This document shows, piece after piece, positions 29,546 through 38,324 of a stretch of DNA of 64,000 bases. Position numbers and translations under genes: made by a program. The notes beneath the pieces were generated by a model. It had not been told where the DNA came from and made no database searches. It saw nothing but the letters and a program-made list of their open reading frames with translations. Each line of letters starts with the position of its first letter. Position 1 is the stretch's first letter. This stretch comes from Planctomycetota bacterium (GTDB lineage Bacteria > Planctomycetota > UBA8108 > SXIK01), in NCBI GenBank assembly GCA_965223845.1, contig CBDCXR010000004.1, forward strand, positions 2,528,001-2,592,000, in the 5' to 3' direction.

Positions 29546-30168
29546 AGTCCGCGCAGCGACTCTTCGAAGCCGTCGAGTGCACTGCGAAACTTTTTCAGCG
29601 CGCGCACGAATCGAGTGCTCGCAGTCGATTCGTTGATTCCCAAAACGCGCGCGGTTTCGACGTTCGACAGCTCCTCGAAGTAACGCAGCGCGAGCGTCTC
29701 GCGGTCGAGGGGATCGAGGCTTTCGAGCGCCGCGAGGACGATCCTCCGTGTTTCGTGGAGCGAGCACACCGAGCTCGGCGAGAGGACGCCCGAGGTGACG
29801 ATGTACTCGGCGAGCGCGGGGCAAGACGACTGGCCGATCCGCACTTCGCGCTCGACCGTTCGCTTGGCTGCGGCCAAATGGCGTCGGTGGAGCTGAAGGA
29901 GCCGCTGGTGAGCGAGGAATCGAAGCCAAAGATAGAGCGAGCCACTGCGCTCCTCGTCGAATTCGCCGTAGCGCCGAATCGCCTCGACGAGAGTCTCCTG
30001 GACGATGTCCGAGGCGTCGAGACGCGCGCGAAGGCGCGCATCGAGGCGCAGCTCGACCGAGCGTCGCAGGCGATGGCGGTAGGGTTCGAGGGCGCGAGCG
30101 ATGGTCTCGTCGCCGCTCGGGGAACGCTGGGCCTTCGGAGTTGGAGTCGGAGTCGCAGGTGCATTCAT
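29542..30168 (-). CDS. ECF sigma-70 factor, planctomycete kinase-associated type
   Basis: RLDARLRARLDASDIVQET; LDPLDRETLALRYFEELSNVETARVLGI; coupled to the kinase gene. Confidence 0.9.
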   Translation of the reverse strand: MNAPATPTPTPKAQRSPSGDETIARALEPYRHRLRRSVELRLDARLRARLDASDIVQETLVEAIRRYGEFDEERSGSLYLWLRFLAHQRLLQLHRRHLAAAKRTVEREVRIGQSSCPALAEYIVTSGVLSPSSVCSLHETRRIVLAALESLDPLDRETLALRYFEELSNVETARVLGINESTASTRFVRALKKFRSALDGFEESLRGL

Positions 30169-30214
30169 GGCTAGCCCGGGGTTCTCACCAGATTCTACGC
30201 CGGTGACGTTTCCA

Positions 30215-32281
30215 TCATGATTCGTCCAGCAAGAACTGCCGCATCCTGCGAACGACCTCGTCCTCTCGCTGAATGAAGCAGAAGTGGTCGGTGTCCTTCA
30301 GCTCGACCACTTCCGCATGAGGGGCTTCTTTTCGCAGTTGCTCGATGGAGCTACGCGCCCAGGGCATCCGAACCTCGCGCCAAAACGAATGGGTCCGCTT
30401 TCGAAGCTGCGGTGAGACAAACTCGGGAATATCACGGTTCGTCTCCGATACGGCATAGAAGCTCAGAATGGGCGGCTTGATTCGAGAATAGTCCGGTCGG
30501 AACGACAACATGTTCTGCACCAGCAGCGCGTAGACCTCCGGACGCATCCGCAAAGCGACCGATCCGTTGGGACGGATGAGGACCTGGCTTTTCAGGTCCG
30601 CTTTCCGCTTCGCCCACTGCGACTTCAGCTCGGGAGTGAGGCTTTTCATGAACTCCGCATACCTGGAGAAACTCGAGAAGGCGTCGCCGGGAATGCTGTT
30701 GTAGGCAGGCGCGAGGGGATTGCCGGCCAGGAGCCCCCTGCCTGTCGTCCGATCGTAGGCGGCGTCGAGATAGACGAGCTTGAGCGTTCGCTCCGGGTAC
30801 TTGGCTGCGAACGCCGTCAGCTCGCCACCGGCGATGGAGTGCCCCACGAGGATCGCCTTGTCGATCTTCAACTCGTCTAAGAAGTGCCGAATGTCCTCGG
30901 CGAGTGTCCCGGCGTCGTAGCCCGAGCGAGGCGCCCCCGAGAGCCCGTGCCCTCGACGAGTCAGAGCGATGACCCGGAACCGATCAGAAAGCCGAGTTGC
31001 CATGCTCTCGTAGATATGGGCGGTGTTCCCGAGCCCCGGAAGGAGCAGGAGCGTCTCGCCAGTACCACGCCAGTCGAGGTAGTGGAGCTTGACCCCGTTC
31101 GCCTCCAAGGATGCCGATCGATAGACCGGTGTACCTTTCGCCGGCTCGGGAAGCGTCCGGGCGAGCGCCATCACGGACATCGCCGTTCCGTAAGGTTTGG
31201 TGGTCGAAGCGATCCAGAAATCCCAGAACGAACCGTCTTTCTGCTGACACTTGAGGATGTCTTGACGCAACCTCAGCGCCCAGTAGTCGCGGCTCACCGG
31301 CGGCAAGGTTTCGATGACCTGCGCGGCGTAGTAGTGGGCGAAGAGATAGAAATACGGAGCGTTGGCGTAGTAGGCCTCGTGCGGAATCGTCTTGTTGCGG
31401 GCGACGTCGAGGAATCTGTGATAACGGAAGAAGAGCTCGAGGCCCTTTTCGCGCGCCCGGGCGGGAAGCGACGCCGAACCGGTCCGGTAGAGCGCGAAGT
31501 TGCAGACCTGGATGCGCCCCAGGGAACCCTTGATCTGGTCGATGGACTCGAGCCTCAAGTGACGGGGAAACGCACCGACGCTATAGGAATAGGCGCCGGT
31601 CGGCAGTCGACAATGCTCCACGGCACGGACCGCAGCGCGAAAGACCTTGTCGGGCACTTCGACCTTCGCCTCGCGCGCCTCGACGAGGGCGAGGAGAACG
31701 ACCGCGGTCGTGAAGGACGTCGCCCACTCCGGACGCCATCCAGAGTTGGGATTAGCGTAGTAGCCCCACCCTCCCCGCGGCGACTGATAGCGCCTGAGCC
31801 CCCGAACCATCGTAACGGCGGCCTTGCGCAGGACCTCGGCGCGAGGGGAGTCCCGGTAGCGTTCGTGCTGGAGGGCTCGAGCCAAGGTGTGAAGGCCGTA
31901 GCCGAGGCCCCAGACGTTGTCTACGTCCCACTCGGCTGGCCGCTTGAGGTCCGCGTTGTCGATGAGGAACTGCAGCCCTCGGTCGACCGCGGCGTGGGCC
32001 CGTTCGTTCGTACCGAGCTCGAGCACCGCGAGCGTTGCCAGACCGCTGGTCCCCACCGTCCAGGTGTGATACGTCGCCGGATTGGCGAAGGCGCTGGTAA
32101 ACGTCGCATTGCGGACGCCTCCCCACGACCCGTCCTTTCGCTGCGACTCGAGGAGATATTCAACGCCCCGATCCATGGCGCGCCGAACGTCCTTCTCCGA
32201 GCTGTCGGCTTCCGTCCCGCCGCGAGATTCGGCGCCGAGCGGCGCCGTCGCTAGGAGGACGGCACAGAGAAACCGGCTCAT
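30215..32281 (-). CDS. Prenyltransferase/squalene-oxidase-repeat protein fused to a C-terminal alpha/beta hydrolase
   Basis: Signal peptide; QW-like repeats SQRKDGSW, YQSPRGGWGY and CQQKDGSFW; hydrolase motifs LHYLDW, TRRGHGLS, GHSIAG and DTDHFCF. Confidence 0.8.
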   Translation of the reverse strand: MSRFLCAVLLATAPLGAESRGGTEADSSEKDVRRAMDRGVEYLLESQRKDGSWGGVRNATFTSAFANPATYHTWTVGTSGLATLAVLELGTNERAHAAVDRGLQFLIDNADLKRPAEWDVDNVWGLGYGLHTLARALQHERYRDSPRAEVLRKAAVTMVRGLRRYQSPRGGWGYYANPNSGWRPEWATSFTTAVVLLALVEAREAKVEVPDKVFRAAVRAVEHCRLPTGAYSYSVGAFPRHLRLESIDQIKGSLGRIQVCNFALYRTGSASLPARAREKGLELFFRYHRFLDVARNKTIPHEAYYANAPYFYLFAHYYAAQVIETLPPVSRDYWALRLRQDILKCQQKDGSFWDFWIASTTKPYGTAMSVMALARTLPEPAKGTPVYRSASLEANGVKLHYLDWRGTGETLLLLPGLGNTAHIYESMATRLSDRFRVIALTRRGHGLSGAPRSGYDAGTLAEDIRHFLDELKIDKAILVGHSIAGGELTAFAAKYPERTLKLVYLDAAYDRTTGRGLLAGNPLAPAYNSIPGDAFSSFSRYAEFMKSLTPELKSQWAKRKADLKSQVLIRPNGSVALRMRPEVYALLVQNMLSFRPDYSRIKPPILSFYAVSETNRDIPEFVSPQLRKRTHSFWREVRMPWARSSIEQLRKEAPHAEVVELKDTDHFCFIQREDEVVRRMRQFLLDES

Positions 32282-33045
32282 TCCTTGGCCTCTTCCTTGC
32301 TCTCCTCGTCCTCGATCTTCTCTTCGAGCTTCTCGAGCTGCTCCTTGAGGTCGTCCAGCTCGGCCTCGGCGCTCATCTTGGCGATCTCCTTGAGCAACGC
32401 CCCGGCCTCCGCATCTCGCTCGGCCTTCTCCACTGCGGCGCGTTTCTTGGCGACGTCGAGTTCGAGCGTGGCCTGCTCGCGAGGGAGCTCGTGCCCCTTG
32501 AGAGCTTCGAACTCTTTCTCCTGGATGCGGATCTGCTGACGACTGCGCTCGGCGTTGCGCTTGCCGCGGTTGATGACGAACTCGGCGGTACGATCCTCCA
32601 GATCCTGCTCCTCATACATGATCTCGATCTGTTTGAGCTCTTCTGCTGCCTCCTGGGCGCGATCCTTGACCCGTTGAAGGTTGAGCTCCTCCTGGGCGAT
32701 CCGGTTCGGCGCATCGATCCCCACGAACTGCGCGAGCTTTCCCGTGGCGATCTTGAGCTCCATGTTCGCGTGATCGACGGCCTGTCGCGAGTCGATCTCC
32801 TGCGCCGCGGCATTGACCTCCGCCTGCTTCAACTTCGCGACCGCGATTTCCAGCTTGCGCTTGATGCTCCCGAGCTTCGCTTCCGGATTCTCCTCAGGTT
32901 TCTTGGCGTCCGACTGGGCGGCCCCTTTCTTTTCGTCCTTGGCTCCGGAGGCGCTCGCTGCATTCCCGTCCAGGAAGGAGCGTCCCAACAAGGCCCCGAC
33001 CGCAATCAAGATAACGATCCCGATCAGACTGCTTCGTGAATCCAT
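32278..33045 (-). CDS. Exported coiled-coil hypothetical protein
   Basis: N-terminal hydrophobic segment, E/K/A-rich heptads, AGGAG RBS, ATGA overlap with the downstream gene. Confidence 0.8.
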   Translation of the reverse strand: MDSRSSLIGIVILIAVGALLGRSFLDGNAASASGAKDEKKGAAQSDAKKPEENPEAKLGSIKRKLEIAVAKLKQAEVNAAAQEIDSRQAVDHANMELKIATGKLAQFVGIDAPNRIAQEELNLQRVKDRAQEAAEELKQIEIMYEEQDLEDRTAEFVINRGKRNAERSRQQIRIQEKEFEALKGHELPREQATLELDVAKKRAAVEKAERDAEAGALLKEIAKMSAEAELDDLKEQLEKLEEKIEDEESKEEAKE

Positions 33046-33374
33046 TGCTCCTCCTTGAGAGAGTCGGATGGTGCTGAGTACGCATGAGATGAGGTGTTCG
33101 CGCAGGTCACGCCTACCACAAGGACACCAGAGGGTCTGGGAGGGTCACCTAAGCTCTGCCCCGCGGGTCCGTTCGACTACCGCGAATTCGAGACCGCGAG
33201 CGCAGGCACGCGAATTCCCGTTTCCACTGGTGATTCTCTTCCAATGAAAGACAGAAATCCACGAGGTCATCGGATCGAGGTTCGAGAAGAAGCGGTGGGA
33301 TCGCTCTTTGTTCTTCTCAGGCCTACGCTCCCGACCTCAAGCGTACAGTCGATCGTCAGCTCCGCGCCGCAGAA

Positions 33375-36300
33375 TCACTCGCCGTCAAACAGCGTGAGCT
33401 GAGTGAATTCCGGCCGAGCGCGTCGCTTCCCCCGAGCGCGCTCTTCGCCGACGAGACTGCCTTCGATCGCATCGACGAACGGAGATCGTTTTCGTACGCG
33501 TGATCGACCATGGCGCGCTCTCTTCTTCGCGTGGAGAAGGACGAGCCGCTCGCGCGCTCGCGTCATCCCCACGAAGAAGAGACGCCGCTCTTCCGAGACG
33601 TCAATCGCGTCGTCGTCGCCGAAGCGCAGCGGCACTAGACCGTCTTCACAGCCCGCGATACAGACGAAGGGAAACTCGAGTCCTTTCGCAGCGTGGAGCG
33701 TGAGGAGAGAGACGCGGTCGGCACGAGGATCCCAGTAGTCGGCATCGGTCGTGAGCGCGACGTCTTTGGCGAAGGCCTCGAGATCGCGTCCACTCCGCTC
33801 GGCATAAGGCGTGAGAAGGGGCAATACGCGATCGGCAGATTCGCCCACTACGCGAGCCGCGGCTTTGAGCATCTCGAGGACGGAGCTGTCCCTCGCGTCA
33901 ACTTCGCTTGTCTGCAACGCTGTGAGAAGCTGCTGAATCTCCGGCCTTTCAACGAATCGCTCGTGCGAGTTTCGCTGATACGGGATTCCGGATCGATCCA
34001 GCGCCTCCGAGATCGCATCCGCCTGTCGATCGGTGCGGTAGAGGATCGCGAGGTCGCCGAAGGACAGCCCATCGGCCACCGGTTCGGCATCGCCCGAGGC
34101 GACGCGCCCGCTGTCGAGCGAAAAGAATGTCGATCCGCCGATGGCTCGCTCGATCTGCTCGACGATCGCCTCGGCTTCAGCGCGCTCGCTCGCGCACTCT
34201 CGAAGCACGACCGGCTCGCCGCGCTCCCCAACCGCGGACAGGGATCGACCGGGAACGAGCGTCGTCGGCGCGACCATCTGCTGAGCCGCATCGACGATGA
34301 CCCCCGACGATCGATAGTTCCGCGTGAGCGTCACGGTTCGCGCACCCGGATAGTCCTCGGTGAAGCGCTGAAAGATCCCGACATCACTCCCCCGAAATCC
34401 GTAAATCGACTGATCCGGATCCCCGATGGCGCAGATGTTTGCTCCCGGCGGAGCGAGGTGGCGAAGGAAGCGGTACTGGAGAGGATCGACGTCCTGATAC
34501 TCGTCGACCGCGATCCACGAGTGCCGAGCGCGGACGGTCTCGGCGAGATCCGCACGCGCGTCGAAGAGGCGCACCGGAAGCGCAATCAGGTCGTCGAAAT
34601 CGATGAGGTCCCGCTCGCGCATAGATCGCTCGTACTCCGCGAGAGTATCGCCGGACGCGCGCGATTCCCGCTTCTCCCGCGAGAGTTCACGCGCTGAGAT
34701 GCGAGCGTCCCGCTCCGAGAGCGCAAAGACTTCGCGCAGGAGCTCGATCTGCTCGTCCGCACCCACGCACCGCGGGACGACATCAAATCCAAGCTCGGCG
34801 TGAAACTCCTCGACGATTCCGAGTCCGAAGCGATGGAACGTGGCTGCGATGATGCGTTCGGCCGCAGAGCCGAGAAGAGAGTCGAGACGCTCACGGAGCT
34901 CGGCGGCGGCGCGTCGCGTGAACGTGATCGCGAGACAACTCTCCGGTGCGACATTCCGGTTTGCGATGAGATGGGCTAAGCGGTGAGTGAGCGTTCGCGT
35001 CTTTCCGGTCCCGGGGCCCGCCACGATGAGAAGGGGCCCGTTCCCCGCGTTCGCTGCCGCTAGTTGATCAGGGTCGAGCGCGTCGAGGATGCCGTCGCCC
35101 CTCTCGCGCGAAGGCGACGACCCCGGCGGGACAGCGGTCGCACCGGCCCCGTCGTCGCGCGCGCTTGCGCGCCCCCGATGCTCAACGGTCTCTGCGGCTA
35201 CCGCAGTCGGCGACGTTCCCGCCTCGACGGGAGCCGGCGCGGGCTCCGCCGCCGAGCTCGGAGGCGAAGCGGCATCGATGAGATCGAAGAGGAGAGACGC
35301 GTGAGACTTGCGCTCGAGTTCACTCGGATCGAACAAGCGGATCGTGCCGTATTCCCCGTCGTAGCCGGCATCGCAGCGGACCTCACCCGCGCGCAGTCGT
35401 GCGAGTGCTTCGGCGAGAAGCGAGGACGATTGACGCTCGATGTCGTCGAGGGGCGCGTCTTCGAGGATGAACAGCTCAGGTCCCAAGCGATGGAGCAGAG
35501 CTTCGTAGCGCTTCTGCACTGCCTTGCTCTTCGGGCCGACCCCCTGAATCTCCGAGAGAATCTCCTCGAGCGGAACGAGATTGCGAAACGGCATGTCGCG
35601 AGGCGGCGTCTCGTCCTTCGCGCGATCAGCGAGCTCGCTCACTCGGTGCATCACGCCGAGTGTGAGCGGTTTCCCGCAAACGCCGCAGACGCCTCCATCC
35701 CGCCGGCTCTCGTCCGGCTCCTGCCGCACGCCGCACTTCCGGTGTCCGTCGAGGTGGTACTTGCCCTCCTCGGGAAAAAACTCGACCGTTCCGCCGTAGC
35801 CGTCCCCTGTCTTGAGGGCGTCCCGCATCGCGAAGTAGTCGAGTTCGGTGTCGAACACACACGCCTCGCGACCGAGCTTCGGCGGCGAGTGCGCGTCGGA
35901 GTTGGAGACGAGCGTGTAGCGGTCGAGATGGGAGACTCTCCCGATCATCGGCGGATCCGCCGAAAGCCCAGTCTCGAGCGCGAAGATCTCGCTCGTCAGG
36001 TCGCCGTAGCAGTGCTCGACGGTGTCGAAGCCCGACTTCGACCCGAGGACGGCGAACCACGGTGTCCAAATGTGCGCCGGGACGAGGTAACACCCGTCTC
36101 CACCTTCGAGCGTAATCTCGAGGAGATGGCGCGAATCGAGCCCGAGGATCGGCCGGCCATCCGACGCGAGATTGCCGATGCGCGCGAGGCTCGCGGTGAT
36201 CGCTCGCGCCTTGTCGAGGTCCGGCGCGTAGATGAGATGGTGGACCTTCCGCGTTCGCTCGTCCTTCTTGTAAATCGTCGAGATCTCGACTTCGAGCATG

Positions 36301-36563
36301 AAGCGAACCGGCTCTCCACCGCGAGCACCGAGCCAGCCGTCGACGAGGCTCTCGAGGTCGGGACGCAGGCGAAAGAGTCCCGGCTCGGCCGGAACGAGCT
36401 TCTCCTCGAGCTCGCGAAACCACTGAGGGTGCGTGAAGTCGCCGGTTGCGACGACCCCGATGCCCTTCTTCTGAGCCCAAAGTGCGAGGTGCTCGAGATC
36501 GAGGTCGCGACTCGTCGCACGCGAGAACTTCGAGTGAACGTGCAAATCTGCGTAGAACGCCAC
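33375..36563 (-). CDS. Endonuclease Q-like PHP domain fused to a UvrD/Rep SF1 helicase
   Basis: ADLHVHSKFSRATS, TGDFTHP, PAHIWTPW, SNSDAHS, GKYHLDGHRKC..CGVCG; helicase motifs GPGTGKT, DEYQD, GDPDQSIYGFRG, TLHAAKGLEF, EERRLFFVGMTRA. Start GTG 36563 or 36584. Confidence 0.92.
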   Translation of the reverse strand: MAFYADLHVHSKFSRATSRDLDLEHLALWAQKKGIGVVATGDFTHPQWFRELEEKLVPAEPGLFRLRPDLESLVDGWLGARGGEPVRFMLEVEISTIYKKDERTRKVHHLIYAPDLDKARAITASLARIGNLASDGRPILGLDSRHLLEITLEGGDGCYLVPAHIWTPWFAVLGSKSGFDTVEHCYGDLTSEIFALETGLSADPPMIGRVSHLDRYTLVSNSDAHSPPKLGREACVFDTELDYFAMRDALKTGDGYGGTVEFFPEEGKYHLDGHRKCGVRQEPDESRRDGGVCGVCGKPLTLGVMHRVSELADRAKDETPPRDMPFRNLVPLEEILSEIQGVGPKSKAVQKRYEALLHRLGPELFILEDAPLDDIERQSSSLLAEALARLRAGEVRCDAGYDGEYGTIRLFDPSELERKSHASLLFDLIDAASPPSSAAEPAPAPVEAGTSPTAVAAETVEHRGRASARDDGAGATAVPPGSSPSRERGDGILDALDPDQLAAANAGNGPLLIVAGPGTGKTRTLTHRLAHLIANRNVAPESCLAITFTRRAAAELRERLDSLLGSAAERIIAATFHRFGLGIVEEFHAELGFDVVPRCVGADEQIELLREVFALSERDARISARELSREKRESRASGDTLAEYERSMRERDLIDFDDLIALPVRLFDARADLAETVRARHSWIAVDEYQDVDPLQYRFLRHLAPPGANICAIGDPDQSIYGFRGSDVGIFQRFTEDYPGARTVTLTRNYRSSGVIVDAAQQMVAPTTLVPGRSLSAVGERGEPVVLRECASERAEAEAIVEQIERAIGGSTFFSLDSGRVASGDAEPVADGLSFGDLAILYRTDRQADAISEALDRSGIPYQRNSHERFVERPEIQQLLTALQTSEVDARDSSVLEMLKAAARVVGESADRVLPLLTPYAERSGRDLEAFAKDVALTTDADYWDPRADRVSLLTLHAAKGLEFPFVCIAGCEDGLVPLRFGDDDAIDVSEERRLFFVGMTRARERLVLLHAKKRARHGRSRVRKRSPFVDAIEGSLVGEERARGKRRARPEFTQLTLFDGE

Positions 36564-36794
36564 CGTGACACCACCTATTTCCACCGCCGAGGTTCGTGCG
36601 TGAGGGTAAAGCGAGAACTCACGCGGAGCGACGTTTTCGCTCCCGGCAGCTCGTCACGACGCACGAGCCGTGTGACCGCGACCGTTGGCCTTAGCTTCCA
36701 CCTCGCCTCCACCGCGCGAGGCATTGTAGTCGCCATCGTGGAAATGACGGGGGCAAAAACGCCGTTGAGCGCGTCGCGTGTCGTCTCCGAGCGC

Positions 36795-37724
36795 TCAGCC
36801 GCGCGGACGGCTCCTAGAGACGACGCGCTCGAAGCATCGACGCACCCACTCCGGGTCGAGAAAGAGCACGTAGACCGCGGCGCAAAACATGAATTCGTAG
36901 ATTCCGAGGAGCACCCAAATCCCGGTGTGGAAAAAAACTCCCATAGCGATCGCGAGCCATCGCAGGCGACGCACGTAGAGAGCGAAGCCAGCGGCGAGCT
37001 CGAAGACGACGACGCTCCAGGTCGCGACGTCGTAGATCCAGCCCGCGAGATCGAGCCGGGCGACCCAGTGGGCTGCAGGCGTGCCCCAGGGCCCGATCAA
37101 GGTCATCCGCATCATCTCGCCCGTCTTCCACGTCGGTTGGAGGAGCTTCCACACCCCCGATCCGAAATAGAGAATCGCAATCTGGAACGCGATCAACCGC
37201 CCCGCCCAGGGAGGGACGAGTTGCGGCTCCATCGAGCCTCCGGCGCGGCGCGATCGCCGGAACGCGGTGAGGGACAAAACCTCATCGAGACGAGCGAAGC
37301 ACGCGAAGAAGAGGATCAAGACGAGGAGGCGGTCGTAGGACGAGTCCTTGATCGCGAGATTGATGCAGAAGTGATAGACGTAGAGGCTGAGCAGAATCGG
37401 TGTCGTCCACGAAGTTCGCACTCCGAGAGTGAAGAGGGCGGCGGCGACGACGAGTGCGCCGAAGAGTAGCTGTGCGCCGACCGGACCCGGTGCGATATCC
37501 GGAAGCACGACGGGCGTGTAGATCCCCGCGCTCGAAAAAAGAAGCTCGACTTCCGGCGCAAGCGGGAGGAAGTATCCGAGGAGATAGAGGCCGAAGAGGA
37601 TGCGAAAGAGTGCGAACCCGTGCGGGGAAATCGGGTCGAACCAGTACGCGTTCCAGCGTCGCGCGACGGCACGACGAAACGAAGCGCGCGGCTCGGGTGG
37701 ATCGTTCTCAGTACGCCCGACCAC
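36795..37724 (-). CDS. HTTM-domain membrane protein (SdpB / vitamin-K-dependent carboxylase-like)
   Basis: ALFRILFG; FTLGVRT; LIAFQIAILYFGSGVWKL..WKTG; VVFELAA; FFHTGIW. Multiple TM helices. Confidence 0.85.
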   Translation of the reverse strand: MVGRTENDPPEPRASFRRAVARRWNAYWFDPISPHGFALFRILFGLYLLGYFLPLAPEVELLFSSAGIYTPVVLPDIAPGPVGAQLLFGALVVAAALFTLGVRTSWTTPILLSLYVYHFCINLAIKDSSYDRLLVLILFFACFARLDEVLSLTAFRRSRRAGGSMEPQLVPPWAGRLIAFQIAILYFGSGVWKLLQPTWKTGEMMRMTLIGPWGTPAAHWVARLDLAGWIYDVATWSVVVFELAAGFALYVRRLRWLAIAMGVFFHTGIWVLLGIYEFMFCAAVYVLFLDPEWVRRCFERVVSRSRPRG

Positions 37725-37727
37725 ACG

Positions 37728-38321
37728 TCACTCCACGAACCATTCGCGGCGCAGCGTCGTGTCGCGCCGTTTCTCGGCGAAGTAGCCATCCGCGCTTCGC
37801 GGCCACTCGAGCGCGTAGATCCTGAGCTCGAGGATGCGTTCACCGGGATGGATCCGTGCGTACCGTTCCTTGATCTTTCGCGCGAGAAACTCCTGGCTCT
37901 TGCGGTGGTTCCAAGTGATGCGACCGATCTCCCGCCTCGCCCACAATCGCTGCATCCGCTCCGGCCGGCGAAACGGCACGTATTCTTCCGGGTCGAGATC
38001 GATCCAGTCCTTGCGCACCTTTCCGTCGACGACTCGCTCGACTCGGCCCGAAATGTACACCTCACGATTCCGCGTCTCGTAGTAGGAGAACATGCCGAAG
38101 ACGAGGAACGCGTCCTCGACTTCGCGCGGAATCGGCGGGCGAAGGTAAGAGGGCAAAGGGCGACCGAGAAACCGAAGCGGTCGCACGATGACAGCGACGT
38201 TCGCGTAGACGACGAGAAGAATAGCGAGCGTGATCGCGACGCGCTTCCAACGCGGAGGACGAACGACCGCGGCAGCGACGTTTCCACTCGCATCGTCTCC
38301 GAGCTCGGCGCGCGCCGGCAT
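37728..38321 (-). CDS. Single-TM hypothetical protein, likely HTTM partner (SdpA/DUF5819-like)
   Basis: One TM helix followed by FGMFS; 3-nt gaps to both neighbouring genes. Confidence 0.65.
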   Translation of the reverse strand: MPARAELGDDASGNVAAAVVRPPRWKRVAITLAILLVVYANVAVIVRPLRFLGRPLPSYLRPPIPREVEDAFLVFGMFSYYETRNREVYISGRVERVVDGKVRKDWIDLDPEEYVPFRRPERMQRLWARREIGRITWNHRKSQEFLARKIKERYARIHPGERILELRIYALEWPRSADGYFAEKRRDTTLRREWFVE

Positions 38322-38324
38322 TCG

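Noticed and set aside
29546-29929. Long N-terminal extensions in track ORFs for the kinase, rbsA, rlmN, aspS and DUF1501 genes
   Set aside because: They overlap neighbouring genes or low-complexity intergenic DNA. Downstream starts, several with ATGA/GTGA coupling, fit better.
33284-33318. GAGAAGAA...TTCTTCTC hairpin downstream of the EndoQ-UvrD gene
   Set aside because: Imperfect stem with no U-tract beyond it. Too weak to call as a terminator or ncRNA.
30215-33370. Possible horizontally acquired island (codon style looks slightly different)
   Set aside because: Impression only. No integrase, att repeats or tRNA, and composition could not be computed.
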